Source: Mustelus asterias (lineage: Eukaryota). From it: a DNA stretch of 64,000 nt. The stretch lies in the NCBI RefSeq assembly GCF_964213995.1, contig NW_027590172.1, forward strand, positions 186,001-250,000, in the 5' to 3' direction. A program made the position numbers and the translations under genes. This document shows, in pieces, positions 47,651-59,821 of the stretch. The notes under the pieces were generated by a model that searched no databases, had not been told where the DNA came from, and worked only from the letters and a program-made list of their open reading frames with translations. Position 1 is the first letter of the stretch, and every line of letters begins with the position of its first letter.

Positions 47651-49864
47651 GCTGGAACCAGGTCATTGATTGGAAAGGACTCAAAAGGTTACGGGGAAAA
47701 GGCAGGAGACTGGGATTGAGATTTATCAGCCATGATCGAATGGCACAGCAGATTCGATGGGCCGAATAGCCTAATTCTGCTCCTATATCTTCTGGTCTAA
47801 TTCTAACCAAGGCTCCACCCTGAATCACATATCCCCATGGTAACAGAGACCAGGTGGAATATCTGACAGATACTTAGCTTCAAAACTAAACCCTTTTTCC
47901 CTGAGCTCTGCATGAAGAATTCACCGATCAAAAACAGTCCAATAATTGTCAGACCCAATGTCTCCAGCTAAAAGACCCAGCTGACCTTTTACAGTTCTTA
48001 CCTCTCGAGTTTTGACTTCTTAAACCAACATGGGCCATGCTTTGTGACTGCGAATTCCCTGAGGGTGTTTTTGTCAGATTCTCAACCCAGGTTTTCCATT
48101 TTTTAAAAGCAATTCTTGCAACTAATTCTTATTTCTAAAACATAGGAATTATGAAATTAGATTTCTGTAACAAAAACAGGAAAAAATGGAAATGTATCAC
48201 CTTCATAATATCCCATTTAGAATATTACAATATACAACATGCTGTATATCTTAACAACAGCCATGATCTTATTGAATGGTGGAGCAGGCTCGAAGGGCCA
48301 CATGGCCTCCTCCTGTTCCTAAATCCATTGTTTTCCTGTGTTGATCTATCTTATAACCTGCAACAGACATAATAATCCCCCCATTGTCCACTTCACAGTC
48401 ACAAGTCCAGCTTGGTAACAGCACACTGCTGGGTTCCATGTCCAGGAATTCAGTCCACTGAAGATGGAAATTACTGCTTGCAGTCTTTTCTGAAACTTTT
48501 CTTTTTACAATAATTATAGTCCAAAGTTCCTCCTGCAAAAGGAGAGTCTTCACTGCTGTTCATTTGTGAATTTTCAAGTTCTATTTTGAAAACAGTCTGT
48601 ACAGAGTTCACATTTTGAAATTTATTTTCTTTCATGTTTGTAGTTCCTCCATTGTTTAAATCCAGAGAGAATATTCCACTCAATTCCACATTGAAACCGA
48701 CTTCTTCTTGCTCAGTTATAGCTGATTCCTTTATTGTCCAGGACAATATATTCACAATATCTTTAAAACAGAAATTAAACATTCCCATTTGATTTCAGAC
48801 AGGAACATATTCTGTTCGTTTGTTCTTTATTGTCAATGTCTGGCTGGGTTGTTCTCCTTGGAGCAAAGGAGGTTGAGGGGAGATTTGATAGAGGTGGACA
48901 AGATTCTGACAGGTTTAGATAAGGTGGACAAAGAAAAGCTGTTCCCATTAGCTGATGGGACAAGGATGAGGGGGACACAGATTTCTTGTTTTGGGTCAGA
49001 GATGCAAGGGGAGGGGAGATGTGAGGAAGAATATTCTGATGCAGCGAATGGTAATGACCTGAAACTCGCTGCCTACGAGGGTGGAGGAAGTGGAGACAAT
49101 AAACAATTACAAAGGAAATTGGATGGGCATTTGGGATGTTCCAAACAGAACAAAGAGCAAAGAAAATTTTGTTTTCTTTAAACAAAAAAAACAAAACAAA
49201 AAAGAACAAAGAAAATCCATCAAGACATCATTTGACTGAGTGTGGCAGAAAGGGACCTGCACAGGGTTGGAATCGGTGGGATTCGGGGGGGAACTCTCCG
49301 CCGGTTGGGGATATACCAGGTACAGGCGAGGATGGCTGTGGTTGTTGGAGGTCAGTCATCACTGCAAGGGTCACTGCAGGGTTCATCGAAAACTCTGCTG
49401 GCCATGTTTAAACTCACATTAAGTGTTATTCCACTATCACCCTTGTGCAGGATGATCCACCCAGTAAAGCAACAACTTAATATTAAAATTCTCATCCTTG
49501 GTTTCAAATCACTCCATGACCTTGCCTGTCCCAATATCTATAATCTCCGATAAGCCCCACAACCCTCAATATATTACACTGCTCTAATTCTGGTCTTTAG
49601 TTTGTCCCTGCCCTTGCTTCACCATTGCAAGCTCTACCTTCAGTTGCTTAGGCTCCAACCTCTGGAATATCATCCCGACACGTCTCCAACTCTCCACCTC
49701 GCTTTACTCCTTTAAGACACCCCTTAAAATCTACCACTTTGACCAAACGTTTGGTCATCTAACCTAATATCTTCTTTGTGGCTCAATGTCATACTTTATT
49801 TTACAATGCTCCTTGGATGTTTTATTACTTTAAGGCGCTATATAAATATATTTTGTTGTTACTC

Positions 49865-50793
49865 ATGTCTCCTGGGCCTAATCATTTTCAGCGGCTTCAT
49901 TAATTACCGTCTCCCCACCGTAGGGTGGGAAACGGGGATGTTCACTGATGATTGCAGTGTATATGACCATTCACAACTCTGAATACTGAAGCTGCCCGCA
50001 TGCAGCGCAGGACCAGGACAACATTCAGGTTGGAGCTGATTGTCAATTCATATTGACACCACATAATTATCAGGAAATATCTATTTCCAGCAAGAAAATC
50101 TAACCATCTTCCCTTGATATTCAATGGCATTACCATCAGTGAATGTCCCACCAGCAATAACTTTGGGGTTACCATTGACCAGTCATTTAAATACTGTGGT
50201 TACAAAAGCAGATCAGAGGTTGGGAGCTTTGTGGCAGGTTACTCACTTAATGACTCCCCAAAGGCTTGCCATGATTCACAAGGTATAAATCAGGAGTAAG
50301 GTGGAATATTCCCTACCTGGATGAGTGTATCTGCAACAATTTTGTAGATCCTATCCAGGACAAAGTAGCCCGCCTGATCAGCATCTCAAATACCACCTTA
50401 AACATTCACTCTCCACCATTAGCCCACAATGGTGGCAGTGTATCCCACATATTAGATGCACTGCAAGAAATCACCAAGGCTGTTTTCACAGCATGTTCCA
50501 AACCCTAACTTCTACCACTTGAAAAACAAGTGCAGCCAGAGTTTGGGAATGCCACCATCTGCAAATTGTACTCCACATCACATACCATTCTGACTTGAAA
50601 ATCAATCACCATTCCTTCTCTGTCACTGCATCAAATTCCTGGAACTCCCCAACAGCGTTGTGGGTATACCTACACCAGATGGATTGCAGCGATTCAAGAA
50701 AGTGGCTCACTTTCTTCACAAGGGCAATCAGTGATGCGCAATGAATGTTGGCCTTGCAGCCACATTCACATCCCCTGAAAGAATAAAACAAAA
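49865..50793 (+). mobile_element. Old LINE 3' fragment whose tail matches the second SINE family
   Basis: MFTDDCSV (ADD motif remnant) and tail gggcaatcagtgatgcgcaatgaatgttggcc...gaataaaacaaaa. Confidence 0.65.
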
Positions 50794-50814
50794 TCCTCAT
50801 CCCTGGTATCATTC

Positions 50815-51400
50815 TCAGTCATGAGGACTGCAATTATCAATGAACAGCTCCGCTTTCGACTTTATGATGGGGGGAAGGTCATTGGTGGAGCAACTGAGGA
50901 TGGATGGGCCTCGGACACTACCCTGGGGCTGAGATGATTGGCCTCCAACAACCGCGATCATCCTCCTCTGTGCGGGATGTGGCTCTCGCCGGTGGAGAGT
51001 TTCCCCCTGATTCCCATTGACTTCAATGTTAATCGGGTTGCTTGATGCCACGCACAGTCAAATGCTGCCTTGATGTCAATGGCAATCACTCCAACATCAC
51101 CCAGTTCAACTCTTTTGTCCATGTTTGGACAAAGGCTGTAAATGAGGCAGGAGGTGAGTGGTCCTCGGTGGAACCCAAAATGAGCATCAGTGAGCAGGTT
51201 ATTGCTGTATAAATGCTGCTTGATCGCACCGTTGGCAACAACATCTTCCATCATTTTGCTGATGATCGAGACGAGAGACATTGGATGGCAGTTGGCCAGT
51301 TTGGATTTTTCCTTATCCATCGCCTTCAGCTGCTTATTGATATCCCTTGAAGTGAATCGAATTGGCTGAAGATGGGCATCTGTGATACTAGGGACCTCAG
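50815..51400 (-). mobile_element. LINE RT fragment, decayed
   Basis: PMSLVSIISKMME, HFGF, IAIDIKAAFDCAWH and PQGSVRGP motifs. Confidence 0.75.
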
Positions 51401-52529
51401 GAAGGATAATCCATATGGAGAGATTAGAGAAGCTGGAATTGCACTCTATAGAGCAGGAAAGGTTAAGGAAAGATTTAATAGAGATATTCAAACTTTTGAG
51501 AGGTTTTGATAAAATGCATGTCTGTTTCCATTGGTTTAGAACCAAAAGACATCGGGTGGAATTTCATGAAAAAAAGTCGAAGTGCTGAATGAGTGAGAAA
51601 AGTTTCAAACTCGTTTCTTGGGCAGATTAAAAAACACAATCTTGTGGCACTTAGTCAAAAACAGTCACAATATAATCCTCACTGCAGGAGGAAGGGGAGG
51701 AACCTAAACTTGCTGGGGAAGCCAGCTGCTGATCTGGAGGGGTGTCATTGTGCAGGCGCTCCATCCTCCCAGTTTCCATCTTCAGTGGACATCCCCCCCT
51801 CCCCACAGAAATCACCCCACCAATCTCCTCATCTGTAGCGTTTCCCTCAAATCACCAACCCCTCCCCCCAGTCAGCATCCCTGCAGAGTTCCCCCTCTCG
51901 CCCCCTCCCCGATCGCCACCCCTGCAGAGTTTCCCCGATCACCAGCTCCCCCCCCCGCTAACCCCCTCCTCAATCAGCACCGCTGCAGAATTTCCCAATC
52001 ACCACTCCCTCCCCCGAGTCAGCTTCACCGTCCCATGGAGTGACCCGGGGTCCATTGGCGCCTCGAGGGAGGAGGGGGGCCTGGGGACGGTGCTGGGTCC
52101 TTCCACCCGGGGGATTCCAGCCGATGGGATGCAGGGCTTTCCGACTCCCCCTTTCCTGACACCGGTGCATCTCAAGAGCAGCAGGGTGAACGGCAAGGCA
52201 AGGATACATCCATATCACCAGGAAGACGGCTGGACCCCTCTAGGTCCCAGCTCTCCAGTAGACGCCTGCCAGGGACATCACAGGCAAATGGGTGCGGAGT
52301 GCAGCTGGCTGCCTCCAGTTCTGATGTGCATCCTGGGGGGATGCGTTGATGTGGCGCTGGACCACGGGAGATGGAGATGTTGTGGGGTCGCCAGGAGGGC
52401 ACGGGTGAAAGTCTATATGAGAAAGGTTTAGGGAATTGGGCTCAGTTGATGATCACATCCACCTGTTTTATAGCACTGTTAACTATCGGCCCTTCGTGTT
52501 ATTGCATTGTTAGTTTCACCAATAAATGT

Positions 52530-52705
52530 TCAAAGATGTGCAGGTTAGGTTGATTGGCCATACTAAATTGATCCGAGTGTCAGGGGGATTAGCAGGGTAA
52601 ATGTGAGTTTACGGGAGTAGGGCCTGGGTGGGATTGTGGTCGGAACAGGCTCGATGGGCCGAATGGTCTCCTTCTGTACTGGAGGGATTCTATTCTATTC
52701 TCTAT
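52530..52705 (+). mobile_element. HE1-like SINE, 3' half
   Basis: caaagatgtgcaggttaggttgattggcc...gggattctattctat. Confidence 0.8.
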
Positions 52706-53750
52706 AAAATTACAGCACAGAAACAAGCCCTTTGGCCCTCCAAGCCTGTAGCAACCATGCTGCCCGTCTGAACTAAAAACCCCTACCTTTCCGGGGACCA
52801 TATCCCTCTATTCCTATGCTATTCATATATTTGTCAAGACACATCTTAAAGTCACTATCGTATCTGCTTCCACTACCTTCCCCGGCAACGAGTTCCAGGC
52901 ACCCACCACCCTCTGTGTAAAGAACCTGCCTCGTACATCTCCTTTAAACCTTGCCCCTCACACCTTAAACCTATGCCCCTAGTAATTGACTCTTCCACCC
53001 TGGGAAAAAGCTTCTGATTATCCACTCTGTCCATGCCCCTCATAATCTTGTAGACTTCTATCAGGTTGCCCTCCTCAACCTCCGTTGTTCCAGTGAGAAC
53101 AAACCAAGTTTCTCCAACTTCTCCTCATAGCTAATGCCCTCCACACCAGGCAACATCCTGATAAATATTTTCCGTACCCTCTCCAAAGCCTCCACATCCT
53201 TCTGGTAGTGTCGTGACCAGAATTGAACACTAGATTCCAAGTGCGGTTTAACTAAGGTTCTATAAAGCTGCAACATGACTTGCCAATTTTTAAACTCAAT
53301 GCCCCGGCCGATGAAGGCAAGCATGCCGTATGCCTTCTTGACTATCTTTCCCACCTGCATTGCCACTTTCAATGACCTGTGTACCTGTACACCTGGATCC
53401 TTCTGCCTATCAATACTCTTAAGGGTTCTGCCATTTACTGTACATATCCCATCTGTATTAGACCTTCCAAAATGCATTACCTCACATTTGTCCAGATTAA
53501 ACTTAATCTGCCATCTCTTCGCCCAAGTCTCCAACTGATCTATGTCCTGCTGTATCCTCTGCCGGTCCCCATCGCTATCCGCAATTCCACTAACCTTTGT
53601 GTCGTCCACAAACTTACCAATAAAACCAGTTACATTTTCCTCCAAATCATTTACATATATTACAAACAGCAAAAGACCCAGCACTGATCCCTGAGGAACG
53701 TCACTTGTCACAGCCCTCCATTCAGAAAGGTACCTTTGCACTGCCAACCT
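52706..53750 (-). mobile_element. CR1 LINE RT/C-terminal fragment
   Basis: 228-aa ORF VTSDVPQGSVLGLLLFVIYVNDL...KFVDDTK...LGLFSLEQRRLR. Confidence 0.92.
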
Positions 53751-53998
53751 CTGTTTTCTTCTGACTAAATATCTCTAAACTTCCTAACACCCTGTCACTC
53801 TGTGATCCTTGTGACATTTGAAACCAGGTATTCACAAAAAGACTCAAAGAGCATCAGCCCACTGGAGGCTGAGACCAGCCAGTCCAGCACAAAGAAACCC
53901 TCTGACCCTTCCCATTGATCAACTGTGAGAATGAACAAAATGCAAGCCTGGATGCAACTGAGAGCAGAAACAATAACAGCAGAATCCAACCACTGTCA

Positions 53999-54925
53999 TC
54001 ACTCGTGAACTTGCTGGTGTCTCAGTAGCTCCGATGAAACTCTGAAACGCTTTCCACACTGAGAGCAGGTGAATGGCCTCTCCCCTGTGTGAACTCGCTG
54101 GTGTGTCTGCAGGTCAGATGAGTTCGTAAATCCCTTCCCACACTGAGAGCAGATGAATGGTCTCTCCCCAGTGTGAACTCGCTGGTGTATCCGCAGGTGG
54201 GATGAACGAATGAATCCCTTCCCACACTGAGAGCAGGTGAACGGCCTCTCCCCTGTGTGACGTAGCTGGTGTCTCTGCAGGTCGGCTGACTGAGTGAATT
54301 CTTGCCCACACTGAGAGCAGATGAACGGTGTCTCCCCAGTGTGAACTCGTTCGTGCGTCCGCAGGTTGGATGAGTTTGTGAATCCCTTCCCACACTGAGA
54401 ACAGTTGAATGGCCTCTCCCCAGTGTGAACTCGTTGGTGTCTCTGCAGGCTGAATAACCGAGTGAATCCCTCCCCACACTGAGAGCAAGTGAACGGCCTC
54501 TCCCCAGTGTGAACTCGCTGGTGTCTCTGCAGGTGGGATGATCGAGTGAATCCCTTCCCACACTGAGAGCAGGTGAATGGCCTCTCCCCAGTGTGAACTC
54601 GCTGATGTGTCAGGAGGCTGGATGACTGAATGAATCCCTGCCCACATTGAGAACAGGTGAATGGCCTCTTCCCAGTGTGAACTCGCTGGTGTGACTGCAG
54701 GTTGGATGACCGAGTGAATCCCTCCCCACACTGAGAGCAGATGAATGGCCTCTCCCCAGTGTGACGTAGCTGGTGTGATTGCAGGTTGGATACCCGAGTA
54801 AATCCCTTCCCACACTGAGGGCAGGTGAACGGCTTCTCCCCAGTGTGGCTGCGCCGATGATCTTCCAGCAGGGATGGGTATCTGTATCCCTTCCCACAGT
54901 CCACACATTTCCATGGTTTCTCCAT
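53999..54925 (-). CDS. ZNF-G: C2H2 protein, 308 aa, 11 fingers
   Basis: accATGG MEKPWKC start, 11 complete fingers ending HQQVHE like ZNF-A, and an acceptor at ~55274. Confidence 0.92.
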   Translation of the reverse strand: MEKPWKCVDCGKGYRYPSLLEDHRRSHTGEKPFTCPQCGKGFTRVSNLQSHQLRHTGERPFICSQCGEGFTRSSNLQSHQRVHTGKRPFTCSQCGQGFIQSSSLLTHQRVHTGERPFTCSQCGKGFTRSSHLQRHQRVHTGERPFTCSQCGEGFTRLFSLQRHQRVHTGERPFNCSQCGKGFTNSSNLRTHERVHTGETPFICSQCGQEFTQSADLQRHQLRHTGERPFTCSQCGKGFIRSSHLRIHQRVHTGERPFICSQCGKGFTNSSDLQTHQRVHTGERPFTCSQCGKRFRVSSELLRHQQVHE

Positions 54926-55409
54926 GGTGCAGGTATCCTTGCCTCTCTCTTGGGTGGACAATTAGTTGAAACTTCGTCCACACACAGAACAAGATTACAG
55001 TCTCTACCCGCTGTGAATGGTGTGATATTTATTCAGACTGTGTAACTGGTTAAAGCTCTTTAGTCAGTGCATTGGAACACTCTCACTCGAGTGTGGCAGT
55101 GTGTTGATGCTTTTTCACTCACTGACATTTCAAATCTTTTCAAATTGACAGACTGGACAATCATTTCTCCTTCTGGATTCAAAGTCCGATGATATTGAGG
55201 TCCCAAGGAATATGACTCTGTCTGATCGAGACGTGAAGTTTGAGATTTCAGCCTGTGATTCCTCTTTCAATATCCTGTAAAATGAGTTTCCAAAAGTCAT
55301 CAGTGTCAGTACAGAATAGAAATTCAGAACAGACAATTTCTATGGAACATTCTTTCCTCTCTCATTCCCCAAAAGCTGTAAATCTCCATCCCACACACTC
55401 TCTCCCCAT

Positions 55410-55597
55410 TCTCAGCAGGTCTGGCAGCATCTGTATGGAGAGAAAAGAACTGATGTTTCAGAGCTTTGACAAAGGGTCATCGAGACAAGAAACATCAGCT
55501 CTTTTCTCTCCTTACAGATGCTGCTGGACCTGCTGAGATTTTCCAGCATTTTCTCTCTTGGTTTCAGATTCCAGCATCCGCAGTAATTTGCTTTTAT
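55410..55597. mobile_element. Penelope-like remnant (family B), palindromic
   Basis: ctcagcaggtctggcagcatctgta... / ...tacagatgctgctggacctgctgag inverted arms. Confidence 0.55.
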
Positions 55598-55624
55598 AAG
55601 GCTGCAGATACCACCTCCCAAGTA

Positions 55625-56290
55625 ACGTGCGTGTGCCCAAGACATCACCACTTGTTTCCCTTATTTCTTTAGCACCCATGGTGCTCTCCGCAGTCAACAC
55701 AGAGGAGAAGTATTCATTAAAAATCTCACCCATCTCCTGTGGCTCCACACACAGATGGCCATACTGATTTTTAAGGGGACCTATTCTCTCTCTAGCCACC
55801 CTTTTACTCTTAATATAGCTATAGAACCTCTTGGAATTTTCTTTAATCTTACCTGCCAGATCCATATCATACCCTCTTTTTGTCCTCCTGATTTCTCTCT
55901 TCAGTATTTTCTTACACTTTTCATAGTCAGAGTGATTCACTTGTCCCCAATTGCCTAAACCCAATGTATGCTTCCTTCTTTTACCTGACCAGAGCCTCAA
56001 TGTCCCTTGTCTGCCAGAGAACCCTAAATTTACCATTCTTTCCCTTCATCTTAACAGGAATATACTGCCCTTGGACTCTTGATATCACACTTTTAAAACC
56101 TCCCATTTGCCAGTCATTCCTTTCCCTTCAAACAAACTCACCTAATCGACATCTGCTAGATCCTGCCTAATGCCCACAAAAGTGGCCCTGCTCCAGTTTA
56201 GGGCTTGACCTGTGGACCTGTCCTATCTTTTTCCAGAACTATTTTGAAACTATTGGTGCTCCCAATAGTGCTCCCTGACTGACACTTCAG
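55625..56290 (-). mobile_element. CR1 LINE internal ORF2 fragment
   Basis: KIKENSKRFYSYIKSKRVARERIGPLK...EMGEIFNEYFSSV. Confidence 0.82.
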
Positions 56291-56469
56291 TCACTTGCTC
56301 TACCTCATTTCTTAACTGTCTAATAGAAAGTGAGTCCAGGAATTGATAATGAAAAATAAGGGGCTGGGAGATGAATTGAACAAGTATTTTGCCTCGGTGT
56401 TCACAATAGAGGATACAGTTAAAACTCAGAAACAGCTGGAAATCAGAATAGTAATTAATTAATAATAAT

Positions 56470-56775
56470 GAATAATAAAATACAGTGTAGAAGGAGGCCA
56501 TTCAGCCCATCGAGCCTGCACCGACAACAATCCCATCCAGGCCCTATCCGCATATTTACCTGTTAATCCCCCTAATACCAAGTGGCAATTTATCATGGCC
56601 AATCCGTCTAACCGGCACATCTTTGGACTGTGGAAGGAAACCGGAACACCCGGAGGAAACCCACACAGACACGGGGAGAATGTAGAAACTCTGCACAGAC
56701 AGCGACCCGAGGCTGGAATTGAACCCAGGTCCCTGGCGCTGTTAGGCAGCTGCACTAACCACTGTGCCACCGGGC
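56470..56775 (-). mobile_element. HE1-like SINE
   Basis: Reverse-complement match to the family. Confidence 0.85.
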
Positions 56776-56829
56776 CACATGTCAGTGTCATCGCCCAACT
56801 CCAGCCCAGTCTCAGCTCATCTGGAACCC

Positions 56830-56937
56830 TCACCCATTCCATTGTGACCTCACACTCTCACCCATTCCATTGTGACGTCACACTCTCACCCATTCCATTG
56901 TGACGTCACATTCTCACCCATTCCATTGTGACGTCAG
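56830..56937. repeat. 28-bp x4 tandem repeat carrying CRE palindromes
   Basis: cacccattccattgTGACGTCAcactct, with three perfect TGACGTCA and one TGACCTCA. Confidence 0.9.
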
Positions 56938-56939
56938 GG

Positions 56940-57760
56940 CTTCACTCTCCGATCACAATCCCTGCCGGCCTCCCACATGCAGCCTCAATGGCGGCAGTCA
57001 GCCCGGGTCTAACACTACAAGCTGCCGCTCCGTTTGGTACAAAGGGGGGGACCGGGAATTTCATTTCCGCGGTTTGGGTTTGAACAACATGTTTACAAAG
57101 TCTCTCCACCCACCCGCCACATTTATCATTCCCCGCGCGCCGCCCTCTACCTCGTATTGATCTCGCTTCCCAGTTAAAACCATCCGTCTGTCCGTCGCCA
57201 TTACCCGCACTGCGCATGCTTCAGGTCCCGCCCCTCATTCACTCTGATTGGTTGGAGGACCAGCCGCTCCCGCTCAGTCCTCCAGCCCCGCCCCCTTTTC
57301 CTATTGGTCCGGAGCTGCCGTCAATCAGTCCCCGGGCATTGTGATGTGGAGCATGCGCAGTGTCATTGCTGTCCTTGGCGCTTGTTTGTCCCGGAGAAGC
57401 GGAGTCAGCGTTAGGCGGTGGCTGCGAGGATTTGGAAACACTTTGTGGATCCGCAAACCCTTCAGAATCATTGTCAGCTCCCTGGTTTGCAGCTGCGGGG
57501 CTTCTCCCTCCCTCCCTCCCGGGAACAGGCCCAGGTTAACGGCCCCATCCTGGCTCAGCCACTGGAGGATGGTTCACATCAGAGGATGGGGGAGGGGGAC
57601 AATAAATAAGAGGTTACACTTTGGCCTCAAATCAATGAGGACTCTGATCTCTGGGAAGGAAGGAAACCCTGGGAGGTGGGCGGGGAGGATTCACAAACAC
57701 CCGCTGGAGGCCCCAACACCCCCAGTAAAAAGCTGCAGCTCCCGGGTTTGCAGCTTTTTC
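56940..57760. promoter_or_regulatory. Bidirectional CpG promoter between ZNF-G (-) and ZNF-H (+)
   Basis: ATGGCGGC, two NRF1-like TGCGCATGC/GCATGCGCA sites, ATTGG and GC boxes. The left part is paralogous to 9740-10030 and the right part to 16670-17170. Confidence 0.72.
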
Positions 57761-57992
57761 CCGGGAGGGAGTTGGGGAAGTTTTGTGGAGACAATTCCTG
57801 GCTGGTTCAGTTAGTGGTTCCTGGAGCTCAGAAACCCCGAGTTAGAATCCTGAACCCCACAGTGAGTGGTTGTTTTATTAAATAATTTTTATTTATTCAT
57901 CATCTGTTGAAGAAAATATTAATTTGTTTTGAAAAATCATTTTATAGCATTTGTGAAAATACCCATTAAAATAGCAATTCTCCCAAAGTATT

Positions 57993-58322
57993 TCATAGAA
58001 TCCCTACAGTGCTGAAGGAGGTTATTCGGCCCATCGAGTCTGCACCAACAACAATCCCACCTCGGCCCTGTTCCCGTAACCCCACATATGTAACCTGCTA
58101 ATCCCTCTCACCTACTCATCCCAGGACACGAAGAGGCAATTTAGCATAGCCAATGCACCTAACTGGCACATCTTTGGACGATGGGAGGAAACCGGAGCAT
58201 CTGGAGAAAACGCACGCCGACATGGGAAGAACGGGCAGACTCCACACAGACAGTGACCCAAGTTGGGAATCGAACCCAGGTCCCTGGAGCTGTGAGGCAG
58301 CAGTGCGAACCACTGTGCCGCC
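57993..58322 (-). mobile_element. HE1-like SINE
   Basis: Reverse-complement match to the family. Confidence 0.88.
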
Positions 58323-58953
58323 TACATTGCTGATGAGAATTTTAATTTACTGACTTGGGAATTAGTTCTCGGGAATAGTAATTCTGAAAATGACCATTAG
58401 AATGTGTTTTTAATTTACCACATAATGCCAGATTTCAGTTTGCATTTCAAAATTGAATTGAGAATGTCTGGGAGCAAATGGTAAAATGAGGTTTGAGACA
58501 CCAGCTGCAATTATTTTCTGTGACTGATGATACCTTTGTGCCTGTGCAGGAGGTAATTCCCCTGCTGTTGTGGCACAAATAAAATGGAGCCTTTCCTCGG
58601 AACAGGCCCATGTTAATGGTCACGGTGGTGTTTCATTGGTGAGCAGAGCACATGTGCCCATTGTGGTAACAACAGAGTCAGTGGGGCTGCACGTCCCCTG
58701 ACTTGGAAGGAAAATAATTGACTCCTTGATTGTACTCTCAATCTGCACATGGTCTGGAGGACTGAATCCAGCTGGAGGGAGAGGGAGCTGAGCTCAGAGT
58801 GGAGATGGGGCAATGAGTTTGATTTCAGCTCAGGGACAAGAGAGAGTGTGTGGGATGGGGATCACAGCTCAAGATAAATAAGATGGAGAAATGTTTCGCG
58901 GAAACTGAAATTGTCAGTTCTGAAGTAGTTTTTTAAAACTCTTTTTGCAGGAT

Positions 58954-59392
58954 GAACGTCTGAGGATCGTGGGATTATATTCATTGGAGTTTAGGAGGTT
59001 GAGGGGAGATCTGATAGAAACTTACAAGATAATGAACGGCTTAGATAGGATGGACGTAGGGAAGTTGTTTCCATTAACAGGGGAGACTAGGACGCGGGGG
59101 CACAGCCTTAGAATAAAAGGGAGTCACTTTAGAACAGAGATGAGGAGAAATTTCTTCAGCCAGAGAGTGGTGGGTCTGTGGAATTCATTGCCACAGAGGG
59201 CTGTGGAGGCCGAGACGTTGAGCGTCTTCAAGACAGAAATTGATAAATTCTTGATTTCTCGAGGAATTAAGGGCTATGGGGAGAGAGCGGGTAAATGGAG
59301 TAGAAATCAACCATGATTGAATGGTGGAGTGGACTCGATGGGCCGAATGGCCTTACTTCCGCTCCTATGCCTTATGGTCTTATGGTCTTATG
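58954..59392 (+). mobile_element. CR1 3' fragment inserted just inside the ZNF-H exon
   Basis: ERLRIVGLYSLEFRRLRGDLIETYKI...NFFSQRVV with a (cttatggt)n tail, directly after ttttgcag|gat. Confidence 0.88.
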
Positions 59393-59821
59393 GAACTAGA
59401 AGAGGAGGATTCACAGACATTCGATTCATCATGACCTGCTTTTGACAGTGATTGCTTATGATTGCTTTTGACAGTGGAGGGAGAAATAGTTCCGTTTTGT
59501 CAGTGGAAGAAATTTTCAAAATTCAATGTGACAGAAAAAGAACTGAGACACACACACCCAAGTGAGAGTGCTCCAGTGAACTGACTGTGAATGGAGCTTT
59601 AACCAGTTACACAGCCTGAAAAACACCACACCATTCACAGTGGGGAGAAACCATACACATGGTCTGTATGTGGATGAGGCTTCAACTAATCAACCAACCT
59701 GGAGAGACAGAAGGACACCAGCACCATGGACAAACCGTGGAAATGTTAGGATTGTGGTAAAGGGTTCAATTATCCATCCCGGTTGGAAACCCATCGATAC
59801 GGTCACATTGGGGCTGAGAAA

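Noticed and set aside
51742-52431. 229-aa proline-rich ORF
   Set aside because: C-rich low-complexity sequence, non-ATG start and no recognisable domain; probably part of an unclassified repeat.
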